DNA of 64,000 nucleotides from Desulfatiglandales bacterium (GCA_963662465.1 OY759599.1:384001-448000), one strand, 5' to 3'. Counted from the first letter of the stretch, positions 53,306 to 63,840 are shown. The notes: a model not told the origin generated them from the sequence alone. Numbers and translations are program-made.

Positions 53306-54382
53306 ATGAAAATTGTGCGGATTGAGGCATGGCCGGTGACCCTTTTGATGAACGAATCCTACGCCATTGCCTATGAGACCGTTTGTGAAACCACCAATGT
53401 CTTTTTACGCCTGGAGACTTCCAACGGGATGAACGGCTATGGATGCGCCGCGCCCGATGAGCCGGTCACCGGGGAAACAGCCGATATGTTGCTTGAGGCC
53501 GTTTTGTCGGTGGTCGTTCCCTTGCTCAAGGGTGGAGATCCCCTGCGGCGTGCGAAGCTGATGCAGCATCTCAAGACCCACTTAAAAGATCGGCCGTCCC
53601 TCCTGGCGGCCGTGGATATGGCGCTTCTGGACATTCTGGGGAAAGTCTGCGGCCTTCCCCTGTGGAAGATCCTGGGCGGTTTCAGGGACCGCATGAAAAC
53701 CAGCGTTACCATCGGTATTTTGCCCGAGAAGGAGACCCTTGAGCAGGCCTTGCATTGGAAAGCTCAGGGTTTTCGCGCACTGAAGCTGAAGGGGGGCATT
53801 CATGTGGATTCCGATATTGTCCGGTTGCTTCGCGTGAGGGAAGTCGTGGGCGACGCAATGGAACTCCGTTTCGATGCCAACCAGGGGTTCAATGTGGAAG
53901 AGTCCCTGCGGTTTGTCAAAGAAACGCGAAAAGCGCGCCTGGAGCTGATCGAACAACCCACTCCCAGGGGCGCCCCCGAGTTGCTGAAACGCGTCACGCG
54001 CAAGGCTGCTATTCCGGTGATGGCCGATGAAAGCCTCATGACCTTGCGGGATGCGTTTCGCATTGCTCGGGGGGACCTGGCCGACATGGTTAATATCAAG
54101 CTTATGAAAGTGGGGGGAATCGGCGAAGCCCTGAAGATCGATGCCGTGGCAAAGGCCGCGGGTCTCGAAGCCATGGTGGGGTGTATGGACGAATCGGCCC
54201 TGGCCATTGCCGCCGGGCTTCATTTTGCTCTGGCATCTCCCAATGTACTCTACGCGGATCTGGATGGTCACCTGGACTTGCAAAACGACCCCGCCGCCGG
54301 GGCCGTTATTCTTCGCAAGGGAACCCTTTTTCCCACGGGAAAGCCCGGTCTGGGTTTTTCGCCTCGGATCTGCGATTTTTAA
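53306..54382 (+). CDS. Dipeptide (L-Ala-D/L-Glu) epimerase, enolase superfamily
   Basis: KLK, DANQG, EQP, ADES, NIKLMK, GCM.ES, DLDG. Confidence 0.9.
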   Translation: MKIVRIEAWPVTLLMNESYAIAYETVCETTNVFLRLETSNGMNGYGCAAPDEPVTGETADMLLEAVLSVVVPLLKGGDPLRRAKLMQHLKTHLKDRPSLLAAVDMALLDILGKVCGLPLWKILGGFRDRMKTSVTIGILPEKETLEQALHWKAQGFRALKLKGGIHVDSDIVRLLRVREVVGDAMELRFDANQGFNVEESLRFVKETRKARLELIEQPTPRGAPELLKRVTRKAAIPVMADESLMTLRDAFRIARGDLADMVNIKLMKVGGIGEALKIDAVAKAAGLEAMVGCMDESALAIAAGLHFALASPNVLYADLDGHLDLQNDPAAGAVILRKGTLFPTGKPGLGFSPRICDF

Positions 54383-54400
54383 TCTACAACCACTTCTTTC

Positions 54401-55144
54401 TTATCGCTTGAACCTTTTGCGAAAACCGGCCAGACCGAGAAGACCGGAGGCCAATAGAATAATGGTGGCAGGCTCCGGAACCGGGGCGCTGCTACCACCC
54501 TTGAGATTGACAACCAGGTCTTCATAGTCGCTATCTCCACCACCGGGGATATCCTCAAAAGCAATGGTATATCCTTTATTGGTTTCAAAAATAAGCGCAT
54601 GATCAACATCGTCGGAATTGCCGGCGGTGTAGGTGGAGAGTGGATTGCCCGTGTTATTGGAATCAAGATAGAAGCCGAAATACGTTCCTGCATCCACTGT
54701 AAACGTATAAGATGTATTCGCTGCGACTTCATTTTGAACAAAAAGTGGACTGAAATAGCTCATTAATGCATTGTCATAACCGTCGCTGGGATTTCCATTG
54801 TATGTAAAAACACCAAAAGGAGAATGAAAGCCGGCATGGCCGATCCCCAGGAATTCCACTTCCAGTTCACCACCGTCAGACGTGAAAAAGAGTTCATCCT
54901 GGAGCTGGTCATTAAGCGGATCGATGGCGGTTCCATCGGGATTGGTAATGTCGTTTACGCCGAACCAGTATTCCAGGTTTTCCCGGTTTGTTCCTGTATT
55001 TCCAATCTGAACGTTTTCAATGGTCGTATCTCCAAGATTGACCAACTCTAAATAGGTGGCTTCGCCATTGGATGCCATGCCAAACATGAATAATGGCAAC
55101 AGCACCACCGCCAATAATATTATTCTACTATTTTTCATATTCAC
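54401..55144 (-). CDS. PEP-CTERM sorted protein (DUF4114-like)
   Basis: Signal peptide; AFED..GGGDSDYEDLVV; VPEPATIILLASGLLGLAGFRKRFKR. Confidence 0.92.
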   Translation of the reverse strand: MNMKNSRIILLAVVLLPLFMFGMASNGEATYLELVNLGDTTIENVQIGNTGTNRENLEYWFGVNDITNPDGTAIDPLNDQLQDELFFTSDGGELEVEFLGIGHAGFHSPFGVFTYNGNPSDGYDNALMSYFSPLFVQNEVAANTSYTFTVDAGTYFGFYLDSNNTGNPLSTYTAGNSDDVDHALIFETNKGYTIAFEDIPGGGDSDYEDLVVNLKGGSSAPVPEPATIILLASGLLGLAGFRKRFKR

Positions 55145-55183
55145 TCTCCGTTTCCGGTTTTCTCACAGCGTCAAAAAAGGTTT

Positions 55184-55202
55184 TAAGCAAATTTTATGCC
55201 AA
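55184..55202 (-). promoter_or_regulatory. Sigma-54 promoter of the PEP-CTERM gene
   Basis: TTGGCATAAAATTTGCTTA (GG-N10-GC) ~40 bp upstream of start. Confidence 0.75.
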
Positions 55203-55462
55203 TTGTCTTGGCGTACCTTAACGGAGCAAAGGCTGCAAAAAAACAATTAGAACGTCATCTTAAATACTTAATCAATATTGTCATCAAATCCACGGGGGAA
55301 CGAAAACCCTTGATCCAATGCGGTTGTCTCAAAAATACTGCATCATTATAACACATAAAGTCCAAAACAAAACATCTTTTCCCCGCGACCGCTGTCGCTA
55401 TTCAATACACTGAAGAAAGATGGGCAGCCTGGGTTTTTTGCCTCGGATCGGCGATTTTTAGT

Positions 55463-55722
55463 TTACAACCACTTCTTTCTTCTAAAGCCCAGCAGCATGA
55501 GAATGCCCAGGATCAGCATCACCAGACCCACCACAGGATATCCCCAGTGCCATTCCAGTTCAGGCATGAATTTGAAGTTCATACCGTAGACCCCGGCAAT
55601 GAAGGTCAGCGGTATAAAGATGGTGGCAATGATGGTCAGGACCTTCATCACTTCGTTCATCTTATTGCTGAGGCTCGAAAGGTAGATGTCCAGGGTACTC
55701 GATACGGTGTCTCGAAGGGTTG
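55463..55722 (-). pseudogene. corA: 3' fragment of CorA Mg/Co transporter
   Basis: MNEVMKVLT...PLTFIAGVYGMNF..MPEL.W..GYP; 5' part absent. Confidence 0.9.
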
Positions 55723-56620
55723 TTAACCGCCTGCGCAATACGCATTTGAAGCCTTTGGTTCATCGCGGATTAACGTGAAATCGCGCTTTGAGATTGTTTC
55801 GGTTCGGGCTGTAGGTGCGACTTTAGTCGCACAGGGTAGGCTTAATGTGCGACTAAAGTCGTACCTACAATCCGCTCAGAAGCCAAATCTCACGCGAATC
55901 CACAATGAGCCAAGCCTTTTCACGTTACTCTTAACGACATCCCAATTAATGAGTTGCCAGTTTGGAGCTTGTTGTGGAAGTGCACCCGTCACGAAGACCG
56001 TCATTTGCTATTCTCCCATCAGAAGGTTCTTCAAATTATCTCACGCATGAGCACCCGCCAAAATTCAGCTCCCTTTCGGGCCGGAGATAACTCCGTATCC
56101 CACCCATTACAGGAGGGCATTGGCTTGGTAAGGCGTCTTGCACCCGCAACACCAACGGCCTGCCTCACGGTTGGCTTGCCACAAAACTTTATGGCGATGT
56201 TACGAGCTTACCACGTTCCGCAATAAATACTGTTAACTGACTTAGGTCCACCCCCTATACCGGCGGCACAACATCCGCGCCGGGCGTACGTTCGAGACTC
56301 CCGACCTGGCCGCACACCGTTTGGTCCAAGCCTATCGGCCTCTTTGGCTTGTTGCTGTTTACGATACTGCAGGTGTTTGAATATACTGACCATATCAGTC
56401 AATCCCAGCCCTAATCCGGATGAGGTTTCCAGAGGAACAGTCCACTCACGCTTTCTGTCCTGACCTTCCAACTTCAAAGGTCCTCGGTACATTGTCGGGA
56501 GGGCTTCACACCCCGTCATCAGCGCAACGGCAGCATGCCTCCCTAGGATGTCGGTGGCGGAACACCGAGTTTCCACGATTCTTCTGTGAAAACATATATT
56601 TAAAGCAACTTCGTGTCGCA
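55723..56620 (-). mobile_element. Truncated group II intron B (5' part and RT N-terminus)
   Basis: (G)TGCGACACG 5' end; ORF from 56004 MTVFVTGA...WQLINW...VKRL|QMRIAQAV (RVT_N-like), split by MITE and cut by a deletion into corA. Confidence 0.75.
55757..55911 (+). mobile_element. REP-carrying MITE (complete, 155 bp)
   Basis: TIRs 18/24 (GGTTCATCGCGG.../...CCACAATGAGCC); perfect 8-bp TSD AAGCCTTT; inner inverted REP pair. Confidence 0.88.
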
Positions 56621-57432
56621 GTCGGGTAGCCGGGGGCTGTTACCAGCCCCAAGCCCCAAAGAACCGTACTTGAGACTTTCACCTCATACGGCTCAAGCCT
56701 CTCAAAGGCCGACCCTGATGGGGCCACCCGCTGATTATAAAAAAAAAGTAACCAACTTTGCGATACTAACCGGCTGCCACTTACCGCAGTGGCGGGTGCA
56801 CCAGTCGACCAAAAGGCCACCGTCATTTGCTTTCCCGCCTTGGGTGGTTCGGCCGGGCTTCTCGCAAAGAGAGACCCGTCGGACGTCTGCTCGCTTTCGC
56901 GCCGGGCAAAGTTTGAGCCCGTATCCGTTTCATTACAAAACGGCATTCGCTTCTTCCGACATCCTACACCCGCATACCCATCGGATACCCTTGCGGGCAA
57001 CCTACCCAAAAGGGAGGTATACGGGGTTATCATGTTCCGCGTAAGTACCCGAGCAGGTTAGGTTCCGCCCCTACGCCGGTGGCACGACATCAGCGACGGA
57101 GGAGTTAGCAGCCTCCGTTCCTGGCCACGTACCTTTTGGTCCAAGCCTTTCAGCATCTTAGGCTTTTTCTCGTGACGACGCTGCAGCGATTCACATGTGT
57201 TAACCGTACTGCTCAATTCTAGCTCCCTTACCGCATGATGCTTGCAGAGTTGAGGTCCCCTCACGGTTCCCTCTTCCGGAAAATTCCGCGGGCTTCATTG
57301 TCCCGAGAGCTTCACACCCCTGGATTACTCCGGACGCATGTCCCGGTAGAATACCTGTTGCAGAAAACAGGGTTTTGTTATATGGTTTATATCAATATCT
57401 AAAACAGCTACTTACGCGACATCACGTCGCAC
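56621..57432 (-). mobile_element. Group II intron A with deleted ORF
   Basis: 5' GTGCGACGTG; domain V GAGCCGTATGAGGTGAAAGTCTCAAGTACGGTTC, domain VI, 3' end ACCCGAC. Confidence 0.85.
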
Positions 57433-57519
57433 CCGAACGACAAGCTCACCAGCGCCTCCTCCGACCCCCGCTGGAACCGCGGAAAAGTATCAGGCGTCTG
57501 GTGCAGCGTTTGGTTATTT
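57432..57519 (-). other. attC site
   Basis: AAATAAC...GTTCGGG on minus strand; core homologous to 62167 and 63858. Confidence 0.8.
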
Positions 57520-57676
57520 CCCTTACTTAATCACTCTTCCATGCATATTATTATGGGTTAGTATTGCCTCTTTGTCGGCATGAGATTCGTGGAAAGCACT
57601 GATGGGAAGAGGGAAGATATTCCGTTTGGACTGTGCATCACAACCCAGTGTTTGGAAAAGCAGTAAGACCCAACAG

Positions 57677-57904
57677 CTATATATTTGTAAGTTCCGGAAT
57701 ATGTTCATCTTCGTACTTTTCAATAAGTACGCCAATAACTTCCATCAAAGAGGCTAACGGGTGATTTTCATTTTCCCCAACTGTGTCAATCAGGCTATCT
57801 AATACTGCAACAAGGCGCTTATAATCATTCTCCGCATGGGGAACAAACACTAAAGTAGCCAATTCTGGCCAAGTTTTTTGGACGTTTTGCACTTCTGCTA
57901 ACAT
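57677..57904 (-). CDS. HigA-like antitoxin (short, no HTH)
   Basis: Y..L...LD.LID...HPL..L...IG.LIEKYE; follows HigB. Confidence 0.75.
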   Translation of the reverse strand: MLAEVQNVQKTWPELATLVFVPHAENDYKRLVAVLDSLIDTVGENENHPLASLMEVIGVLIEKYEDEHIPELTNI

Positions 57905-57907
57905 TGG

Positions 57908-58195
57908 TTACTCCTTCCATCTGCCTTCATCATATTCGGCGTGAGTTAAAATTTCGCGGATATACACTTTCTGACGATTGTAGTGTATAGCGGCAACCAA
58001 GCGTGCCTTATTCCCACCAATGTTGAAAACGGTCAATTTGCCAACTTGATCAGCGTGTGGAAAATCATTGCGCAATTCTACAAAAGAACAGAAACTGGCC
58101 TTCTTCATCATTCTATACCAGTTTTGGAGTGATGTTTTTGAATTAGGATGTTTTTCGGCAAACTCATTTAACCGTTTTCTCGTGATGATATGCAT
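57908..58195 (-). CDS. higB: HigB-family toxin
   Basis: MHIITRKRL.EF...VFNIGGNK.RL...THAEYD. Confidence 0.9.
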   Translation of the reverse strand: MHIITRKRLNEFAEKHPNSKTSLQNWYRMMKKASFCSFVELRNDFPHADQVGKLTVFNIGGNKARLVAAIHYNRQKVYIREILTHAEYDEGRWKE

Positions 58196-58300
58196 TTGAT
58201 ATTCTGAGCCTTCCCCAAATTACCATAAGGAGTTTCGCGCTTTTCGTAAGGCCGCTAGAGCGGTCCCATTTGAGGTTATGTAAAAATATTGTGGTTCTAC

Positions 58301-59236
58301 CTATGTTTTAAAAATCTCAAGAAATGCTATCTTCCTATTTTCTTCAATGAATACGCACTTTCTTGAAATGCTATCGTTTACATTAGCCGCAAGTTTTTCC
58401 ATTTCAGTGGCATCTCTGTAAATGAGTTTCCAACCCATGTAGGTCTCCATGTATCCAACATCTTTTATATCAGGCACAAAGTTCCCTATCAAAATGCGTC
58501 CCCCAGGTTTCAGCATTCCGAACATGGCATCCGTTATTATTGTTCCTACGAGATGCGGGAGGTAATCAAACAAACCAAGCGCATAGACCAAATCAAATTT
58601 TCCCAGTTGGAGTTCGTTCTTTATTAGCTGTTTGATAGTTCCATGTATGCAATTGATATTATCACAATCTCCGAATCTTTTTTCGACAAACTGAAGGCTT
58701 TTTGGATCTTGATCAAAGGCAACATATCTGCCTATACGGTTAGATTTCAAAGCTTCCACATAGTTAGCCTCATTCAGATGGCCAGAGGCAATCGACAAAA
58801 TGTCAGGCGATCGGACCGAATCAGCAATTTCATCAATTATTCTGGCAATAAGGTTTCGACGCTCTCTTACTGCGCATGGAGCCGGGGCTGAGCTCGTATA
58901 TTTGTAAATATTTTTTCCGACTTTCGAAGCATCGCCTACTGTTTTCGATACTGAGTCATCCCGGTAGATAAAGTCTATGAGAACCGCATCACCGGGATAC
59001 CCTCTTGGTTTTGAAAACGCTCTTGATGAAAAAGGGTCTTGGTGAACTATTTCTCGCAATGGATGCTCAATACATTTTTGCGAAAAATATTGCCATTCCG
59101 TATTATCCATAGATATACGAAAATCTTTCAGACCGCAAACAAGTTCCTCCATAGTTTCATGGACATCATCTGATTTGTCAATTTTTGAAAAAATGGAATC
59201 TAAAAATGCTTCTGCTTCCTCATGCTTCTTTTCCAT
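58301..59236 (-). CDS. Class I SAM-dependent methyltransferase
   Basis: KPRGYPGD, ILSIASG, FDLVYALGLFDYL, LKPGG. Confidence 0.85.
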   Translation of the reverse strand: MEKKHEEAEAFLDSIFSKIDKSDDVHETMEELVCGLKDFRISMDNTEWQYFSQKCIEHPLREIVHQDPFSSRAFSKPRGYPGDAVLIDFIYRDDSVSKTVGDASKVGKNIYKYTSSAPAPCAVRERRNLIARIIDEIADSVRSPDILSIASGHLNEANYVEALKSNRIGRYVAFDQDPKSLQFVEKRFGDCDNINCIHGTIKQLIKNELQLGKFDLVYALGLFDYLPHLVGTIITDAMFGMLKPGGRILIGNFVPDIKDVGYMETYMGWKLIYRDATEMEKLAANVNDSISRKCVFIEENRKIAFLEIFKT

Positions 59237-59279
59237 AACCCGACGCTCCTTCGCTTAAACGTTATCGTTGACTATGCAA

Positions 59280-59328
59280 AAATAACTAGAAGATCACCGG
59301 CTTTGTCCGCGTGGATCTTCGGGTTGTT
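59280..59328 (-). other. attC site interrupted by a group II intron (remainder at 61452-61455)
   Basis: Rejoined plus strand AAATAAC...GTT|ATAT; inner GAAGATCAC/GTGGATCTTC arms. Confidence 0.8.
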
Positions 59329-61451
59329 GTGTGCCGGGCACGGCACGTGTTCTTAAGGGTGCGCGCAATGTACCATGATTCCGATATTTTACGCAAGTCC
59401 CAGACCCAGCCAGGTAGTGGCGAAGGGTGTAGCGGTATCACAACCGGGTACCCGGTAACGGGCCTGGAGAGGCAGTGGCCTTGCCGCGGCAGGGCACCGC
59501 AAACGCACGGGGCGACGAACAGAAATCGAGTGAGGCGGGTCTGGTGGGACGAGTTCGCAACACAGAACAAAGTCCTCTAACTACTATAGGCCAGGCACGT
59601 TGTCGGCGCTCGTGTGCGGAAAGACACGTGTTTACCCCGGGAGGCCCGTTGCGTCTCGTAGGGAACTGCAACTGAAATCTACCGGAATATAAGGGAAAAC
59701 CGGTAAAACAAAACCCTGGCGTCAGGAACATTTCGAGTCATAGCCCTGACGAGCCCGGCCTATTGGTCGGGAAACACAAACAAATGGACTCGACAGATTG
59801 CGGAAACTACGAGTGAGCGAACCGTAAGGGGAGCCCACCGCGTAACGGGAGTCAGCAGAGGGCATATTAAGCCGGAGAAACGAGCCCTGAATAAAGGGAG
59901 GCCTCACTCCGGTGAAGGCCCGAACGGTCCCACCTGCCGAATGGCAGGGGTAAATGAAAGGGTTAATAAGGAGACGTTTCTAATGAATCCATTGCAGCAG
60001 TTGAAACAGCTTGAGCTGAACTTGGAATTCCCTGACACATTTGTGTCGCGGAATACAGGTTCTGAAGAATTCATTGCGTCACGGCTATCAGAAAGCCCGA
60101 CAGGTCAAATTCGGTTCATGGAGTCAATCCTTGAGCGGAACAACATGAGATGCGCTGTCAAGCGTGTAATCAAGAACAAGGGCGCCCCTGGGGTGGACGG
60201 AATGACCGTCCGCAAAATAGAAAAGTATCTGGAATGCCACAGGGACAAAATTGAGCAGGCATTGCTTGAGGGAAACTTCAAGCCTATGCCGGTACGGCGG
60301 AAAGAGATCAATAAGCCGGGAGGCGGAGTTCGCCTTTTGGGCATTCCGACCGTGTTGGATCGCGTGATTCAGCAGGCCATAGCTCAAGTCTTAACCGCAA
60401 TCTGGGATCATACCTTCTCGGAAACGAGCTACGGGTTCCGGCCAAACCGTTCACAACATGACGCTATGCGTCAATACTGTGAGTATGTAAGGCAGGGATA
60501 CCGGTATGCTTTAGATATTGATCTATCCAAATTTTTTGACCGAGTTAACCATGATAGACTTATGGCTCGCTTGGCCACCCGGATCAATGACAAGCGTGTA
60601 TTGAAACTCATTCGTAGTTTCCTTACTGCGGGCGTCATGATTGGCGGTCTTGAGCAGGCAACACAAGAGGGTACCCCGCAAGGCCCACTTTCTCCACTGC
60701 TCAGTAATATAGTCCTTGACGAACTTGATAAAGAGCTTGAAAAGCGTGGCCTTCGCTTTGTCCGTTACGCTGACGACTGTGTCATATTTGTCAGAAGTAA
60801 AACGGCGGCGAATCGAGTAATGCAAAGCATTAGCCGCTTTATCGTAAAGAAACTGCGACTAAAGGTGAACCGGGACAGGAAAGCGAAGACTCCGAAAGCG
60901 CCATTCGTCGTCCATGGGAAAGCAATGTAGGATTAGGCGTGACAAACTCACGCAAGAAACCGAAAATTCGCATTCACTGGAAAACAATTAAGCGGTTCAA
61001 AGAGCGGGTTCGTGAAATCACGGCCCGTCGCTGTGGGCGCAGTCTTAAACAGGTAATTGGCGAACTAAAGGTGTTCATGAACGGATGGTGGAACTATTAT
61101 GGTATTACCGAATCGTTCAACCGGCTCCGCCCTTTAGACCATTGGGTCAGACGACGCCTTCGGGCGCTTGTTTGGAAACATTGGAAGAACCGCCGAACCC
61201 GTGTAGAGAACTCCTGAAACGGGGTGTCCACCGCAACTTCGCGGTTACAACCGGGTGCGCTAGGAAAGGCCCCTGGAGGATGAGCAAAGTCAAATGGGTT
61301 CAAATTGCTTTACCGGATGCCTACTTTAAATCTCTCGGTCTTGTATTTCCCTGGATTTGATTCCTGCCTTGATCAGCCGAATCGCCGTATACGGACCCGT
61401 ATGTACGGTGGTGTGGGAGGGGGGAGCTGTGAGGCTCCTCCCTATCCCTAT
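59329..61451 (+). mobile_element. Group IIC-attC-type intron with frameshifted RT/maturase (59941-61360)
   Basis: TTGTT|GTGTG 5' junction; KGAPGVDG, LGIPTVLDR, RYADD; short domain V ATCGCCGTATACGGACCCGTATGTACGGTGGT; ORF broken into three pieces. Confidence 0.9.
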
Positions 61452-61460
61452 ATATTTTTT

Positions 61461-61874
61461 TTATTTTAAGATGACAAATTCTTTAATGAACGTTTCTGCT
61501 TTGATCACTCTGACTTTTGGAAACCTGACATTTTTCAAAATATTATAATGTTTGTCATTTGTAATCAGAAAGTCGGCGCCGCCGCAAACAGCACAGTCAA
61601 CAAATTTTTGATCGTCTTCGTTGGCAACGGGAAGGCGAAAGCTAAAAGTTGGATTGACGAAGACCACGTTTTCGGAAGTAAGGACAAAGAGCCAGAACTG
61701 CTCCAGCAGCTCATTCGGAAAGACTCTCTGTAAAATCTCCTCGTATTCAAGCAGAACGGATGTTGAGACCAGCAGTCTGTATTTTCCCGAATATATGCCT
61801 CTGAGAATGGGATGATAGTAACTCTTGGGGTTGAATCCGGAGAAAAATATGTTTGTGTCAATAACGAGTCTCAT
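61461..61874 (-). CDS. PIN-domain toxin
   Basis: VIDTNI...EYEE...DDQKFVDCA...ITND. Confidence 0.88.
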   Translation of the reverse strand: MRLVIDTNIFFSGFNPKSYYHPILRGIYSGKYRLLVSTSVLLEYEEILQRVFPNELLEQFWLFVLTSENVVFVNPTFSFRLPVANEDDQKFVDCAVCGGADFLITNDKHYNILKNVRFPKVRVIKAETFIKEFVILK

Positions 61875-62125
61875 TTTTTCTTTTCATTCCTGAATGTTTC
61901 AACAATTTCAAAAAAATCCTCTTCGCTCCATCTGTTTTTTTCAAAGGTTCCGGCAATTCCTTTCGACAAGTTTTCAAAGGCAGCCTTATTTATCAGTTTT
62001 TTTATGTCAATCGAATATGCTCTGGTCTTTAGCTCGTGAATTATTTGAATGGTGTCTATCTCATCTTTCTGAAAACCAATTTCTCCTAGTTTGCTGCAAA
62101 TTTCAGGTGTAATTGTTTCGAGCAT
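61871..62125 (-). CDS. Putative antitoxin/hypothetical
   Basis: Small ORF overlapping the PIN start. Confidence 0.6.
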   Translation of the reverse strand: MLETITPEICSKLGEIGFQKDEIDTIQIIHELKTRAYSIDIKKLINKAAFENLSKGIAGTFEKNRWSEEDFFEIVETFRNEKKK

Positions 62126-62166
62126 CTGTTTTTCCTTTCTTTAAAAAACCGCGATATGTGAGAAAA

Positions 62167-62252
62167 ATATAACGACAAGCTCACCAGCGCCTCCTCCGGC
62201 CCCCGCTGGAATCGCCCAAGTATCAGGCGTCTGGTGGAGCGTTTGGTTGGCA
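62167..62252 (-). other. attC site
   Basis: TGCCAAC...GTTATAT; imperfect palindrome. Confidence 0.85.
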
Positions 62253-62309
62253 AAACGGTGGTCGTTTCAGGATGCACGATTTTCGCTGTGTTCGAAAGGT
62301 CATTCTTGA

Positions 62310-62540
62310 TCATTTTTGGTTTGCCACGAAATGTTTGTCAAGTTGATCTAAGATTGCTAACCCCTTTTTGCGGTTGCCTTCGGCCGCGCGCTTGCGAAAT
62401 CGCATCTCGGCACTATGTCCGCGCAGTAGAGAAGAAGAAATTTCCTCATATAGCTTGTTAAGGCTCATTTTACGTTGTGCTGCCACAACCTTTATTCCTT
62501 GATGAATCTCATCGGGTAGTCGTAGAGTTATTGTTCCCAT
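62310..62540 (-). CDS. RHH/HicB-like antitoxin
   Basis: ITLRLPDEIH..IK..A....MSLNKL.EE. Confidence 0.8.
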   Translation of the reverse strand: MGTITLRLPDEIHQGIKVVAAQRKMSLNKLYEEISSSLLRGHSAEMRFRKRAAEGNRKKGLAILDQLDKHFVANQK

Positions 62541-62965
62541 TTTGCAAACTCCTTTAAAAATAATTCTGGGGTGATAATTCGGAAATTGTCAAAATGCAAT
62601 TCGCCACTTGTCAAATCTCGAATATTTCGCGTGATAATCAGCGCCGCCTGCCCGGCAACGGCCAGTTCAATTAAGTGGTTGTCGGCTTCATCTCTTAAAT
62701 TTGGTCGCCAACGGTAATAAATGTTGATCCATTGGCAACAGTTCAGAAATGCATTCAGCAAATTTTCTCGCTCTCTGGCCGAAATTGGACATTTCAAAAA
62801 AAGGGCATCCCGAGCAAGGATATCCTCGTATTCATAAAATAATGCCTCGCTCATCAAAGCCTGAAATTTTCCTCCCAGAACCAGTCTCAAAATGGAACGA
62901 CAAGTCTTAGCAGGCTGCAAAACCGCTGCGAGAAATATGTTGGTATCAACAATAATTCGAGTCAT
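62528..62965 (-). CDS. PIN-domain toxin
   Basis: IVDTNI...EYED...WRPNLRDEADNHLIELAV. Confidence 0.88.
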   Translation of the reverse strand: MTRIIVDTNIFLAAVLQPAKTCRSILRLVLGGKFQALMSEALFYEYEDILARDALFLKCPISARERENLLNAFLNCCQWINIYYRWRPNLRDEADNHLIELAVAGQAALIITRNIRDLTSGELHFDNFRIITPELFLKEFAKWEQ

Positions 62966-63840
62966 TATGTCATAAATTTCTCAAAATATGCAAGATCGAC
63001 ATCATATACAGTTCTTTTTGTTACCCCAAGTTCGACGCGTTGGAACATCTCAACAAGTTTAACGCCATCGACGAGTTCGACTTGTGGTGCCCCATCCCGG
63101 TTGGCTTCCTGAATCGCGGCATTGGTGAATGAAGACGTTGTAATGATAATGCCTTTTTCAGCTCTGCCAATCATTGCGTTCCTGAAATCACCAACTTGGG
63201 CACGTGAAACCAGATTGCCTTCTGCATATCTTTTGCATTGAAAAAGAACTTTGAAACTGACAAATGGATTTATTTCAAGAGTACCGTGGCCATCAATCCC
63301 GCCATCGGCCGACCCTCCGGTCACCTCAACATTTCCAAATCCGGATTCTCGCAAAAGTTCACGGCAAACTTTCTCAAAGCCAACAGGACTCAAGGAACGT
63401 AATGTGGTGATGAGGTCTGGTTTATCTTCGGAAATCAAGTCTTCAGGGGAGCTGTCTTCTTGTTCGGTTGCGTCAAGATTTTCTGACTGCCGTTGCTTTC
63501 TGTTCTGAGCATGAATAGCGACCCACTTCAAGAAAATCTCACGAGCTTCAGTTTCAGAAATCTGAGCATGTCTCCCTTTTTCTGTGAGCTTCCACGTGCC
63601 GTACTTTGAAGAATCCAGCAAGCCTTCCCAAACAAGATACTGCCTGGCCCATGCAACTTGATTGTGAAACTTGCTGCCTCCTGACTTCAATGTTTCGTCA
63701 AGAATTTCATCGGGTAAATTTAGACTATTGGCAATACGAGCGGACACTTCGCGAGGACGGCCCGAATCACCGAGATCACGGAGCGCATCGAGTAACGGAC
63801 CGAACCATTTGACAAATTCTGCTTTTGATTTTTTTGCCAT
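62965..63840 (-). CDS. mrr: Mrr-family type IV restriction endonuclease
   Basis: Mrr_N (NQVAWAR.YL...G.W.LTEKG); FE...DGGIDG...QCKRY...ITTS.F. Confidence 0.9.
   Translation of the reverse strand: MAKKSKAEFVKWFGPLLDALRDLGDSGRPREVSARIANSLNLPDEILDETLKSGGSKFHNQVAWARQYLVWEGLLDSSKYGTWKLTEKGRHAQISETEAREIFLKWVAIHAQNRKQRQSENLDATEQEDSSPEDLISEDKPDLITTLRSLSPVGFEKVCRELLRESGFGNVEVTGGSADGGIDGHGTLEINPFVSFKVLFQCKRYAEGNLVSRAQVGDFRNAMIGRAEKGIIITTSSFTNAAIQEANRDGAPQVELVDGVKLVEMFQRVELGVTKRTVYDVDLAYFEKFMT

Larger units (their letters stand above)
54350..55478 (+). repeat. 50-bp direct repeat (54350-54399 and 55429-55478) flanking the PEP-CTERM gene
   Basis: 46/50 identical by eye. Confidence 0.85.

Noticed and set aside
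58220..58282. Possible extra attC between methyltransferase and higB
   Set aside because: Has GTTATG but no proper AAC box or convincing arms; at best degenerate
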